The translations under genes and the position numbers were made by a program. This document shows positions 29,905 through 39,925 of a stretch of 64,000 bases of DNA, one piece after another. A model generated the notes under the pieces. The model had not been told where the DNA came from, searched no databases, and was given only the letters and a program-made list of their open reading frames with translations. The DNA is from Candidatus Eiseniibacteriota bacterium (lineage in GTDB: Bacteria; Eisenbacteria; RBG-16-71-46; CAZAMP01), in contig OZ245046.1 in assembly GCA_965224245.1 (NCBI GenBank), positions 5,184,001 through 5,248,000 of the forward strand. Reading direction: 5' to 3'. Within the stretch, counting starts at the first letter, position 1; each line of letters opens with the position of its first letter.

Positions 29905-31966
29905 ATGAAGAAGATGCTCGTGGCCGCGACGATGCTCGCGACATGGATGGCGTCGACGTCCGCGCTCGCGGAGCCGCGCATGGTGCTCATGGAGAAGCTC
30001 ACGAACACCGCTTGACCGACCTGTCCAGGAGCCAGCCGTGCGCTGGAGGAGATTCTTTCCAAGCATCCGGATACGGTCACGTCCCATTGCCTACCACACC
30101 TGGTGGCCCAGCTCGGCAGACCCGTACTATCAGTACAACGTCCCCGAGAACAATGCGCGCATCAACTACTACGGCGCCGTCTTCACCCCGCACGTCTACA
30201 TCGACGGTCTGATCGACGGCGGATCCGGAGGCGATTGGGAGTCCGTGGTCCTCGACCGGGCGGCCGTCGAGAGCCCGCTCCGGATCGAGCTGTCCGGTGA
30301 CCCCGGTGCCAGCACCATCACCGCGGTAATCACGAACACGAGCGCCGGACTGGTGTCCGGGCAGCTCCGGTTCGTGCTGATGGAGAACGGGCTGTTCCAC
30401 TCGGGCAACCCGCACGACCGGGTCATGCGCGACTTCTTCGCCCCGTCGAGCACCACGGGTGAGTCGATCCTGCTCGCGCCGGGAGAGGAGATCACGCGGG
30501 TCGAGACCTTCTCGGTGGACCCGATCTTCGTCGAGGACGAGCTCCAGTGCGTCGTCTACGTTCAGAACGACGGCACCAAGGAGATCCACCAGGCGGCCAC
30601 GATCTACTTCCAGCTCGACGAGCCCGAGCTGGCGGCGTCCACGATCTCCACCGACGATTCGGCCGGCGGCGACGGCAACGGGCGACTGGACCCGGGCGAG
30701 ACCGCCGACGTGGCCGTCGATCTCTTCAACCTGAACCCGGTCGACGCCAGCGCGGTGACGGGCGTGCTCTCCTCCACCGATCCGGCGCTCACGATCGGCG
30801 ATGCGGCGGGAAGCTGGCCGGACATCCCCGGGGGCACCTCGGCCGACAACGCGGCCGATCCGTTCGGCGTGTCGGTCGACGGCGAGACGCCGTGGGGCTA
30901 CGAGATCCCGGTCACGCTGACCGTGAACGCAAACGACGGCTACGTGAAGGAGATCGACCTCGACCTGCCGGTGGGCTCCCCGACCCACCCGATGGGTCCG
31001 GACGCGGGTCAGTACTACACGTACGAGGACCTGGACCCCTATGACCCGTCACCGGTGTTCGACTGGATCGAGATCGATCCGACCCTGGGCGGCCCGGGCA
31101 CGCTGTTCACGCTGGGCGACGACCAGACCCGCACGACGACGATCCCGTTCGCATTCCAGCTCTACGGCGTCAGCTCCACGACGCTGTCGATCTCGTCGAA
31201 CGGCTTTCTCGCGGTGGGCGCGACGTCGAACCGCGACAACAGTCCCGGCGAGATCCCCGGTCCCGAGGGTCCGCCGAGCATGATCGCCGGCTACTGGATG
31301 GACCTGAACCCGGTCGCCACGGGCGGCGGCAAGGTCTATACGTATGACGACGCGGCCAACGATCGCTACATCGTCGAGTTCTCCGGCGTCGAGCACTACG
31401 ACGGCGCGGGACTCGGACCGGCCGAGACGTTCCAGTTCATCCTGTACGATCCGTCGGTGTACCCCACGCCGACCGGTGACGGCCAGATCGTCATCCAGTA
31501 TCTCGTGGTCAGCGACCCGTCGCGCTGCGCGGTGGGCATCGAGGACCAGACCGAGACGATCGGCACGCAGTACCTGTCGGTCGGTCACCTGAACGCCGCC
31601 GCCCACGGCCTGGCCGCAGGGCGGGCGATCAAGTTCACGACGATCCCGCCGGACGGCTTCGTCTCGGTGGATCCGATCCTGCCGCCACCGAGCGCCGCGA
31701 TGCTGGCCGCGCGCCCCAATCCGTTCCGATCGGGGGCGACGATCCGCTACTCGCTCCCGGTGGCCGGTCACGCCACCGTGCGCGTGTACACGCTCGGCGG
31801 GGCACTGGTCCGGACCCTCCTCGACGGGGAAGTCGGCGCCGGCTGGGGTCAGCTGTCCTGGGATGGCACCGACCGCCGCGGCGTCGCATTGCCCGCCGGC
31901 ATCTATCTGTACGAGATCGAAGGAGCAGGCTACGAGGCGTCGGGACGCCTCGTGCGGCTCCGCTGA
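29905..31966 (+). CDS. Probable selenoprotein: exported Omp28/thioredoxin-like UxxC protein with FlgD-Ig CTD; in-frame UGA at 30013-30015 and a +1 frameshift near 30082
   Basis: MKKMLVAATMLATWMASTSALA signal peptide, RMVLMEKLTNTA-TGA-PTC, then (after removing one base) PIAYHTWWP..DPYY..N..ENNARINYY...TPHVYIDG, typical of Omp28-like domains. Confidence 0.75.
30032..30046 (+). promoter_or_regulatory. Candidate bacterial SECIS hairpin
   Basis: CCAGC-CGTGC-GCTGG starting 16 nt after the UGA, G in second loop position. Confidence 0.5.
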
Positions 31967-31984
31967 TCGACCCTCACTCGACCT

Positions 31985-32014
31985 CGCCGGGCGAGCCGAC
32001 ACGCTCGCCCGGCG
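31985..32014 (+). terminator. GC-rich hairpin after the Omp28-like gene (no U-tract)
   Basis: CGCCGGGCGAGC-cgacac-GCTCGCCCGGCG, 12-bp stem. Confidence 0.35.
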
Positions 32015-32045
32015 GGGCGCTGGCACGTCGAGTGACCGCTCCCAG

Positions 32046-32095
32046 GTGGTGGCAATCCCCGGGTGTCGGTAATCCCCGGCGTTGGCATCACCGAG
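32046..32095 (-). repeat. Short array (2-3 units) of the 17-bp repeat, inverted relative to the 33433-33806 array
   Basis: Reverse complements read CCGGGGATTGCCACCAC (32046-32062) and CCGGGGATTACCGACAC (32063-32079). Confidence 0.7.
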
Positions 32096-32479
32096 CGCTG
32101 GCGGCCACCGAGTGCATCGGATCCCGGGGCGTACCCGTCGTTCTGCGGCGGGTGACCGTCGCCGTCGTGGGGCTTGCGGTCGTCATCGTCTTCCGCGGTG
32201 CTACCGATGCGGTACCCGGGTATGAGAGACGCTCCGGACTGCGGGCGGTTCGGTCACAAGGTGCGGGCGAGGGATCCGTGCCGGCGCGCACGATGCGATC
32301 CCCTCGCCAGCCGCCGCTGTTCCCCGACCGCCGCGTTCGCTCCGAACATCCCCGTCGTGAGTGTGCCATGAGCCGCTGTCACTTCGCCGTCCGCCCCGAC
32401 ATCGCACTCGGTCGACGTGACGTCGAGCGCGATCGACGTCGCGCATGCCGCCGCCTCGAACGCGTGCAGTGCGTCGAGG

Positions 32480-33364
32480 GTCGCGCCGGCATCGCGGTGG
32501 CGCTGACCTCGGATTCGGCGGCTCGCTGGATCGAGCTCGCGTCGACGCTCTCCCGGCGGGCACTCGAGCAGCGCATCGCGGAGGCGAGGAGCCGGGCCCG
32601 GCGCGTCGCCGCGGATGACCCCGGACAGGCGGCGATCGGTGTCGGGGAGTCGGCACCGCTGGAGCCCGTCGGGGTCCTCGAGACGCGCGCGGAGCCGAGC
32701 CGGGTCTCGAGATCGACCGACACCGCACCCTCCGACGCAGAGGCGAGCGTTCCCGAGGTGGAGGTCGAGCTACGCGTAACGCTCGATCCCGTCACGCATG
32801 CGCATGCGGAGGCCGCGTGGGCGCAGGCGAGCGTACGGCTTTCGCGGGTCGAAGGCGGAGTTCGTGGCGGCTGCGATGTCGGCGTACGCGGCGAGCTTGG
32901 CCTCCGCGGGAAGGATCGAGACGGATACCAGGCCCGAGCGCAGAGAGGTCGCGACTCCCGAGACGTCATCGTCCGTGGGCGGCACGGCAACGCCGACGGT
33001 GCCTCGGTCGACCTATCGGATCGTCGTGGTCGAGTGCCCATCGTCTCGCCGGGCCCGCGTCGGGGACCGACCGATCTCCGAGTCTGCGCGGCGGGCCATC
33101 TTCTCCGATGCCGACGTCGTCGACGACCGAGGGCGCCGCCGTGCCACGATCCCGCCGAGGCTCAGGCGGCGTGTGCTTTGGCGCGACGGGCATCGATGCA
33201 CGATACCCGGGTGTGAGAATCGACAGCACCTCGCCATTCACCACCGGGTCCCGGTCGAGCTCGGCGGATGAAACACGCCCGAGAGCCTGACGACGCCGTG
33301 CTGGCGGTGTCACGCGTCGCTTCACGCGATGCCGGACGCCGTCGCCCGGACCGTGCGGTTATGA
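32480..33364 (+). pseudogene. Degraded HNH endonuclease (DUF222-like architecture)
   Basis: 'ARWIELASTLSRRALEQRIA', frameshift near 32830, then TIPPRLRRRVLWRDGHRCTIPGC...IHHRVPVELGG*NTPESLTTPCWRCH with an in-frame TGA at 33269-33271; 5' boundary approximate. Confidence 0.8.
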
Positions 33365-33432
33365 CCGCCGCCTCGTGAGGACACGCGCCGTGGCAACATG
33401 AGCGGGTGAGTGTGGGTAGTTGACGATCACGG

Positions 33433-33806
33433 CGGGGGATAGCCGACACCCGGGGATTGTCAGCACCCGGCAGTTGCTGAGACCGAGGAGTTGCGAAGCC
33501 CCGGGGATCGCCAGCACACGGAGATCGCCAACACTCCGGAGCAGCGAAGCCCTGGGCGAAGCCCCGCGGATTGCGAGTCCCCGGGGATCGCCAACACCCG
33601 GGGATCGCCAACACCCGGGGATCGCCAACACCCGGGAGTTGCGAGGACCCGGGAGTTGCGAAGACCCAGGAGCTGCGAAGGCCCGGGGCAAAGCCCCGAG
33701 GCAAAGCCCCGAGGAGTGGCAGAAACCCCGGGGACTGCAAGACCTCCCGGATTGCGAGGACCCGCGGATCACCAACACCCTGGATCACGCACACCGAAGG
33801 ATCGCC
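33433..33806 (+). repeat. Degenerate 17-bp tandem array (~22 units, subtypes CCGGGGATCGCCAACAC and CCGGGAGTTGCGAAGAC, plus short CCGGGGCAAAGCC-type units)
   Basis: Three exact copies at 33581-33631; the non-triplet period argues against coding. Confidence 0.85.
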
Positions 33807-33850
33807 TGGACCGAGGGATCGCGTCGACCGGGATTGCCTGTGCTCGTGTA

Positions 33851-34246
33851 TCAGTCGCGGTCCGTGTCGCCGCCGGACGTGATCGGTCGCAGGAACGCTC
33901 GCGCCTTCATCTCGTCGATGGGTCGGGTCAGGTACACGAACCCGTTCTGCCCCGCGCGATGCTCCACCACCGGATGATCGTGCGGGGTCACGACCCCGAT
34001 GTGCGCGCCGGGATGGCGCAGCTTCAAGTCGGAGGCCAGGGACAGCCCGTTCCGGCCGCGCATCGTGACGTCCACGAGGACGACGTCCAGCGAGCGACAG
34101 TGTGAGGCCCGCTCGATCGCCTCGTCCGCGTTCCGGGCGGTGATGACGTCCCACGCGGGCAACGCGTCGCGCACGATGTTCTTCAGGAAGTCCCGGGCCG
34201 AGAGGCTCTCGTCGACGACGAGGGCGGTTCCGGGCGATTCTGCCAT
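33851..34246 (-). CDS. Stand-alone response-regulator receiver domain (atypical)
   Basis: LVVDES, VLVDVTMRGRNG, VVT, YLTRP (canonical KP replaced by RP). Confidence 0.75.
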   Translation of the reverse strand: MAESPGTALVVDESLSARDFLKNIVRDALPAWDVITARNADEAIERASHCRSLDVVLVDVTMRGRNGLSLASDLKLRHPGAHIGVVTPHDHPVVEHRAGQNGFVYLTRPIDEMKARAFLRPITSGGDTDRD

Positions 34247-34591
34247 GATGCTCTCCGCTGTGATGACGGTCGTGCACGCGGCGCGCGATCCCTGCCGGGC
34301 ACGGGTGCGGTGGCTCGACCATGCGGCTCGGACGTGCGTCGCGCGTCCGGGGAGTACCCGGGTACGAGAGGTGCCCCCGTGAGAAGCGATCGACCAGTAT
34401 CCGGTCGGCTTGAGCCTCTCGGACCCGCTCCCGATCCAGCGGCCGATTTCGGATCACACCGCGCGCCCGAGCCGTTAGACTCTCGAAACGACCGTCGCGT
34501 CCCGCGAGCGTGTCCGCCTCGTCATGGGGGCCGCACGGGGCCGCGCACGCCCGTCGCGCCGCGCGCCGCGGCGTTTCACCGGAGCCCGCGC

Positions 34592-35761
34592 ATGTCCCTC
34601 GATCCGTCGAAAGCGCCCAACACGTCCCTCGGCGCGGCCGAGATCGACCGCTACAGCCGACACCTGATCCTCCCCGAGGTCGGCATGGAGGGGCAGAAGC
34701 GCCTCAAGAGCGCCAGCGTGCTCCTGATCGGTGCCGGAGGACTGGGGTCTCCGCTCGGCATGTACCTGGCGGCCGCCGGGGTCGGCCACATCGGCATCGT
34801 CGACTTTGACTACGTGGACGGGAGCAATCTCCAGCGGCAGATCATCCACGGCACGAAGGACATCGGACGCTCGAAGCTGGAGTCGGCGCGCGAGACGATC
34901 GCCGACATCAACCCGCACGTCGAGGTCACGACGTTCGAGGGGGCGCTGCGCTCGGAGAACGCGCTCGACGTTCTCGCCGACTACGACATCGTCATCGACG
35001 GCACCGACAACTTTCCCACCCGCTACCTCGTGAACGACGCGTGCGTACTCCTCGGAAAGCCCAACGTGTACGGCAGCATCTTTCGGTTCGAGGGGCAGGC
35101 GTCGGTGTTCTGGGCGGAGAAGGGGCCGTGCTACCGGTGCCTCTACCCGGACCCGCCCCCGCCGGGACTCGTGCCGAGCTGTGCCGAGGGCGGCGTCCTC
35201 GGCGTGCTGCCCGGCATCGTCGGGTGCATGCAGGCGACCGAGGCGATCAAGCTGATCCTCGGACACGGAGAGCCCTTGATCGGGCGGCTGATCGTGTTCG
35301 ATGCCCTGACGATGACGTTCCGCGAGCTCCGGCTCCGGCGCGATCCGGAGTGTCCGGTCTGCGGCGAGGACCCCACGCTGACCGATCTCATCGACTACGA
35401 CGCGTTCTGCGGCGTCGGCCAGACCGGCGAGCCCGAGCCGGCGGCGTCGGACCTGGCGCCCGCCGAGGTCCAGGAGCGCCTCGAGCGCGGCGATCGGCTC
35501 GTGCTCCTGGACGTGCGCAACCCGGTCGAGTGGGAGATCTGCCGCCTCGATGGCGCCACCCTGATGCCGCTCTCGGTGCTGCCCGCCCGGATGCACGAGC
35601 TGGATCCGGACGCCGAGATCGTCGTCTACTGCAAGGTGGGCATCCGCAGTGCACACGCGGCACAAATCCTTTCTGAGAATGGTTTTACGCGTGTACACAA
35701 CATGGCGGGCGGCATCCTCCGCTGGTCGTCCGACGTGGACCCGTCCGTCCCCCGGTACTGA
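34592..35761 (+). CDS. moeB: Molybdopterin/thiamine-type sulfur-carrier adenylyltransferase with rhodanese domain (MoeB/MoeZ)
   Basis: RYSRHLILPEVG, GAGGLGSP, SNLQRQ, DGTDNF, CYRC, CPVC, rhodanese DVR...YCKVGIRS. Confidence 0.93.
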   Translation: MSLDPSKAPNTSLGAAEIDRYSRHLILPEVGMEGQKRLKSASVLLIGAGGLGSPLGMYLAAAGVGHIGIVDFDYVDGSNLQRQIIHGTKDIGRSKLESARETIADINPHVEVTTFEGALRSENALDVLADYDIVIDGTDNFPTRYLVNDACVLLGKPNVYGSIFRFEGQASVFWAEKGPCYRCLYPDPPPPGLVPSCAEGGVLGVLPGIVGCMQATEAIKLILGHGEPLIGRLIVFDALTMTFRELRLRRDPECPVCGEDPTLTDLIDYDAFCGVGQTGEPEPAASDLAPAEVQERLERGDRLVLLDVRNPVEWEICRLDGATLMPLSVLPARMHELDPDAEIVVYCKVGIRSAHAAQILSENGFTRVHNMAGGILRWSSDVDPSVPRY

Positions 35762-35951
35762 TCGCCGCGGATTCGGGAACCGCGTACTGCAATACCACGT
35801 GCGCGCGCGACGGCAGGTGCTATCATCACGGGCCGAAAAAACGAGGGCGCGCATCGACCAGCTCGAGCGCGCCCGATCGCGTACCCGGCCACGGGTGGTT
35901 TCCGTGACGCCGGTACGCCGAGAGACGCCCTACAGCACGGTGTGAACAGCC

Positions 35952-37100
35952 ATGATCGTCGGAGTACCCAACGAAACCGCTCCTCGTGAGCGTCGCGTCG
36001 CGGTCACGCCCGACGCCGTCAAGAAGTTCGAGAAGCTCGGTCTCCAGGTGGTCGTGGAGAGCGGCGCGGGGGACTCCGCGTCCTATCCCGACAGCACCTA
36101 CGAGGCGGCCGGCGCCCGGATCGTCTCCGGTGACGAGGCGTTCGGGGCCGACGTCGTCCTCAAGGTCGCGTGTCCGCTCGAGGCCGAGATCGCACGGTAC
36201 AAGCCGGGCGCACTCGCGGTGTCGCTGATGGACGTGTTCGGCCGTGGCCCCGACATCATGCGTCGGATGGCCGCGGCCAAGATCGACGCGATAGCGATGG
36301 AGCTGATCCCGCGCGTCACCCGCGCTCAGGCGATGGACGTGCTCTCGTCGCAGGCCAACCTGGCGGGGTACAAGGCCGCCATCGAGGCCGCGCACCACTT
36401 CGGTCGCCTGATCCCGATGCTGATGACGGCGGCGGGCTCGGTGCCGCAGGCTCGCGTGGTCGTGCTCGGCGCCGGCGTGGCCGGACTCCAGGCGATCGCG
36501 ACCGCGCGCCGACTGGGCGCGCAGGTCGAGGCCTACGACGTGCGGCCGGCGGTGCGCGAGGAAATCATGTCGCTGGGGGCCCGTTTCCTCGACATCCAGC
36601 TCCACGAGTCGGGCGCCGGCGAGGGCGGCTACGCGCGCGAGCTCACCAAGGACGCCCAGCAGCTTCTGATCGACGCGCTCACCGAGGAGCTCCCCAAGCG
36701 CAACATCATCATCAGCACCGCCCAGATCCCGGGCAAGCCCGCGCCCACGCTGATCTCCGAGGAGGCCGTCCGCCGGATGGCGCCGGGCTCGGTCATCGTC
36801 GATCTGGCCGCGGGGTCGGGTGGTAACTGCCCGCTCTCGGTGGCGGACGAGGTGGTGGAGCGCCACGGTGTCACGATCGTCGGGCACACCGACTATCCGT
36901 CCCGGCTGGCGCACCACGCGAGCCTGTTCCTGGCCAAGAACATGGTCAACCTCCTGGGCCTCGTGGCGAAGAAGGAGGACGAGAAGACGACGTTGTCGTT
37001 GGATCTCGAAGACGACATCATCTCGGCCGCTCTGGTGACGCTCGGCGGCGAGATCCGATGGGAAGGCGCGCGGCAGGCGGCGACCGAGCAGGTCAGCTGA
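35952..37100 (+). CDS. pntA: NAD(P) transhydrogenase alpha subunit, part 1 (dI)
   Basis: [44 protein letters not shown]. Confidence 0.95.
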   Translation: MIVGVPNETAPRERRVAVTPDAVKKFEKLGLQVVVESGAGDSASYPDSTYEAAGARIVSGDEAFGADVVLKVACPLEAEIARYKPGALAVSLMDVFGRGPDIMRRMAAAKIDAIAMELIPRVTRAQAMDVLSSQANLAGYKAAIEAAHHFGRLIPMLMTAAGSVPQARVVVLGAGVAGLQAIATARRLGAQVEAYDVRPAVREEIMSLGARFLDIQLHESGAGEGGYARELTKDAQQLLIDALTEELPKRNIIISTAQIPGKPAPTLISEEAVRRMAPGSVIVDLAAGSGGNCPLSVADEVVERHGVTIVGHTDYPSRLAHHASLFLAKNMVNLLGLVAKKEDEKTTLSLDLEDDIISAALVTLGGEIRWEGARQAATEQVS

Positions 37101-37123
37101 CCGCGAAACGACGGAGCTGCAAG

Positions 37124-37405
37124 ATGTCCCCAGTCATGGCGAGCGTGTTCGTGTTCGTGCTCGCGTGCATCGTCGGATACCACGTCATCTGGAACGTCAC
37201 GCCGGCGCTGCACACGCCGCTGATGTCGGTGACGAACGCGATCTCGGGCATCATCCTGGTCGGGTGCATGCTCGTGTGTGGCAGCGAGGGTAGTCCGCTC
37301 TTCGCGAAGGTGCTCGGCTTCATCGGCATCGTCCTGTCGTCGATCAACATCTTCGGCGGGTTCGCGGTCACCCAGCGCATGCTCGGCATGTACAAGCGTC
37401 GATAG
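37124..37405 (+). CDS. pntA: NAD(P) transhydrogenase alpha subunit, part 2 (membrane)
   Basis: [32 protein letters not shown]. Confidence 0.95.
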   Translation: MSPVMASVFVFVLACIVGYHVIWNVTPALHTPLMSVTNAISGIILVGCMLVCGSEGSPLFAKVLGFIGIVLSSINIFGGFAVTQRMLGMYKRR

Positions 37406-37416
37406 GAAGTCGAACC

Positions 37417-38841
37417 ATGACCCCGCATGCTGACGGTTCGGCGAGCGTGATGTCCGAAGACCTCTTCGCGCTCGTCTACCTGGTGGCCTCGGTCTTCTTC
37501 ATCTTCGGTCTCAAGGGTCTCAGTCATCCATCCACCGCGCGGCGCGGCAACCTCCTGGGGATGGTGGGCATGGTCCTGGCGGTCGCCGCCACGTTCTTCC
37601 GCCCCGAGATGAGCCCCCGCAACTTCGGGTGGATCTTCGGTGGGCTCGCGGTCGGCGCTGCGATCGGCCTGCCGCTGGCGATGCGCATCGCGATGACGTC
37701 CATGCCCGAGCTGGTGGCCATCCTGCACAGCTTCGTGGGAATGGCCGCGGTGCTCGTGGGCATCGGCTCGTTCGTGCTGCACGAGGCCACCGGCGCGCAT
37801 ACCGCGGGCGTCGTCCGCGTCGAGACCTTCATCGGCGTGTTCATCGGCGCCATCACGTTCACGGGCTCGGTGATCGCGTTCGGCAAGCTCAGCGGACGCA
37901 TGGGCTCGGCGCCCCTGATCTTCAAGGGACAGCACCTCCTGAACCTGGTGATCTTCCTGGCCATGATCGGTCTGGGCATCGGGTTCGCGGCCACCAGCAA
38001 CATCGTGCTCCTCTACGCGATGACGGCGCTTGCCCTCATTCTCGGCTACACGCTGATCGTACCCATCGGCGGGGCGGACATGCCGGTCGTGGTGTCGATG
38101 CTGAACTCGTACTCGGGCTGGGCGGCCACGGCCACCGGGTTCATCCTGGGCAACAACGTGCTGATCGTGACCGGCGCCCTCGTCGGCTCGTCGGGCGCGA
38201 TCCTGTCCTACATCATGTGCAAGGCCATGAACCGCTCGATCATCAACGTGCTCCTGGGCGGCTTCGGCACCGGCGACGACGTCGCCGCCATCGCGCAGAC
38301 CAACGGCAAGCCGTACCGGGCAGCTGCGGTCGAGGACGTCAGCTTCATGATGAGGAATTCGTCCTCGGTCATCATCGTACCCGGGTACGGGATGGCGGTG
38401 GCCCAGGCCCAGCACGCGGTGCGCGAGCTGACCGACCTCCTGGTCGAGAACGGCGTCGACGTGAAGTTCGCCATCCACCCGGTGGCCGGCCGGATGCCCG
38501 GCCACATGAACGTCCTCCTGGCCGAGGCCGACATCTCGTACGACCGGGTGCTCGAGCTGGAGGACATCAATCCCGAGTTCGGCCACACCGACGTGGTCCT
38601 CGTGATCGGGTCCAACGACGTCATCAACCCGGCCGCGAAGACGGACAAGGCGAGCCCGATCTACGGGATGCCGATCCTGGACGCCTACAAGGCGCCGCTC
38701 GTGTACGTCATCAAGCGATCGATGAAGCCGGGCTACGCGGGGGTCGACAATGAGCTCTACTACGCCGACAATTGCAACATGGTCTTCGGAGACGCCAAGA
38801 AGGTGTGCGAGGAGCTCGTTCAGGCACTCAAGGCCGGCTGA
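37417..38841 (+). CDS. pntB: NAD(P) transhydrogenase beta subunit
   Basis: MPELVAILHSFVG, IGGADMPVV, VPGYGMAVAQAQH, HPVAGRMPGHMNVLLAEA; start may be 37450. Confidence 0.96.
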   Translation: MTPHADGSASVMSEDLFALVYLVASVFFIFGLKGLSHPSTARRGNLLGMVGMVLAVAATFFRPEMSPRNFGWIFGGLAVGAAIGLPLAMRIAMTSMPELVAILHSFVGMAAVLVGIGSFVLHEATGAHTAGVVRVETFIGVFIGAITFTGSVIAFGKLSGRMGSAPLIFKGQHLLNLVIFLAMIGLGIGFAATSNIVLLYAMTALALILGYTLIVPIGGADMPVVVSMLNSYSGWAATATGFILGNNVLIVTGALVGSSGAILSYIMCKAMNRSIINVLLGGFGTGDDVAAIAQTNGKPYRAAAVEDVSFMMRNSSSVIIVPGYGMAVAQAQHAVRELTDLLVENGVDVKFAIHPVAGRMPGHMNVLLAEADISYDRVLELEDINPEFGHTDVVLVIGSNDVINPAAKTDKASPIYGMPILDAYKAPLVYVIKRSMKPGYAGVDNELYYADNCNMVFGDAKKVCEELVQALKAG

Positions 38842-38893
38842 TCGTGCGACAACGCGCGCGCCCGCGCGCGCGACTTCGAAAGCGAGCGGACCC

Positions 38894-39658
38894 ATGTCCG
38901 ACACGGGGAGCCGCCCGCCCCTCGTCCCATCCGACATCGACGGAATCACGTTCGACTTCGGCAACACGCTGATCGAGTTCTCGCCGCGCCAGCTGGACGC
39001 GCTGGACACGGCGCTGGCCGGATTCCTCGAGGGCCGCTTCGGGCCATTGGACCACGAGCGGCTGCGGGCCATCCGACAGCACGACCGCGAATCGCCCTAT
39101 CACGGAGATCCCCCCACCTATCGCGAGAACGATCTCCGGACGATGACGATCGACATGTTCGAAGAGATCTACGGCCGCACGCCCACCTCGGGCGAGGTGG
39201 ACGAGATCGTCGCGTTTCGCCGCCGCGCGTTCGTGGGCGTCATGGCCCCCTGGGACGAGCTCCGCGAGGTGCTGGAGCGACTGCGCGCGCGCTACACGCT
39301 GGGGATCCTGTCGAACTACCCCGACGGGGGCGCCATCCGGGAGGCGCTCGCGACCCTCGAGATCGATGACCTCTTCTCGGCGGTGGTGGTGTCCGCGGAT
39401 CTGGGCGTGATCAAGCCGCATCCGGACACGTTCGCGGAGATCGTCCAGCGTCTCGAGATCCCACCGGCACGGCTTCTCCACGTGGGCGACAACTGGCTGG
39501 CCGACGTGCAGGGAGCGAAGCGAGCGGGGCTCCATGCGGTGTTCCTCCGGAAGTGGGCGCCCCCGGAGCCGGAGCGGCGATCGGACGACGACGTGGAGCC
39601 GGATCGGTCGGTGGTGAACCTGACCGAGCTGGCCGCGTGGCTGCTGGAAGAGGCGTAG
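38894..39658 (+). CDS. HAD-superfamily hydrolase
   Basis: FDFGNTL, LSN, KPHP, HVGDNWLADVQGA. Confidence 0.88.
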   Translation: MSDTGSRPPLVPSDIDGITFDFGNTLIEFSPRQLDALDTALAGFLEGRFGPLDHERLRAIRQHDRESPYHGDPPTYRENDLRTMTIDMFEEIYGRTPTSGEVDEIVAFRRRAFVGVMAPWDELREVLERLRARYTLGILSNYPDGGAIREALATLEIDDLFSAVVVSADLGVIKPHPDTFAEIVQRLEIPPARLLHVGDNWLADVQGAKRAGLHAVFLRKWAPPEPERRSDDDVEPDRSVVNLTELAAWLLEEA

Positions 39659-39718
39659 GATGCCTCCAGCCGGCTCGATGCGGCCGATGCCGACATTCGC
39701 GATCTGAGAGCCACGCCG

Positions 39719-39901
39719 ATGATCGTGGCGTGGAATGTGTACTTCGCCAGGCTGCGAGACGTCGGCGCGTTCCAGGGCGGCAGCGCGATCGGCGATGGGA
39801 ACCCCTTCTACGAGGCCGGCGGCACCGTCGAGGTCCGTGAGCTCCCGAGAGACGGATGGCGGAAACGAATACCGGGTGTAGGCGGTTCGGCGAGCGCGTG
39901 A
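39719..39901 (+). pseudogene. Possible internally deleted YCII-like remnant
   Basis: 'WNVYFARLR..GAFQGGSAIGDG' joined directly to 'NPFYEAGGTVEVRELP', recalled as the N- and C-terminal parts of small YCII-like proteins. Confidence 0.4.
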
Positions 39902-39925
39902 CACCCGGGTACAGGCCCTCGAGCG

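Noticed and set aside
33269-33271. In-frame TGA in the HNH gene as a third selenocysteine
   Set aside because: It falls at the variable GG-x-N position, not a Cys column, and the gene also has a frameshift and eroded 5' end; nonsense decay is more parsimonious.
32480-33364. IscB/Cas9-like RNA-guided nuclease
   Set aside because: No PLMP or RuvC motifs visible; only a C-terminal HNH.
33433-33806. CRISPR or TIGR-type guide array
   Set aside because: Units are contiguous 17-mers with no unique spacers, and no cas or Nop-domain gene is in the window.
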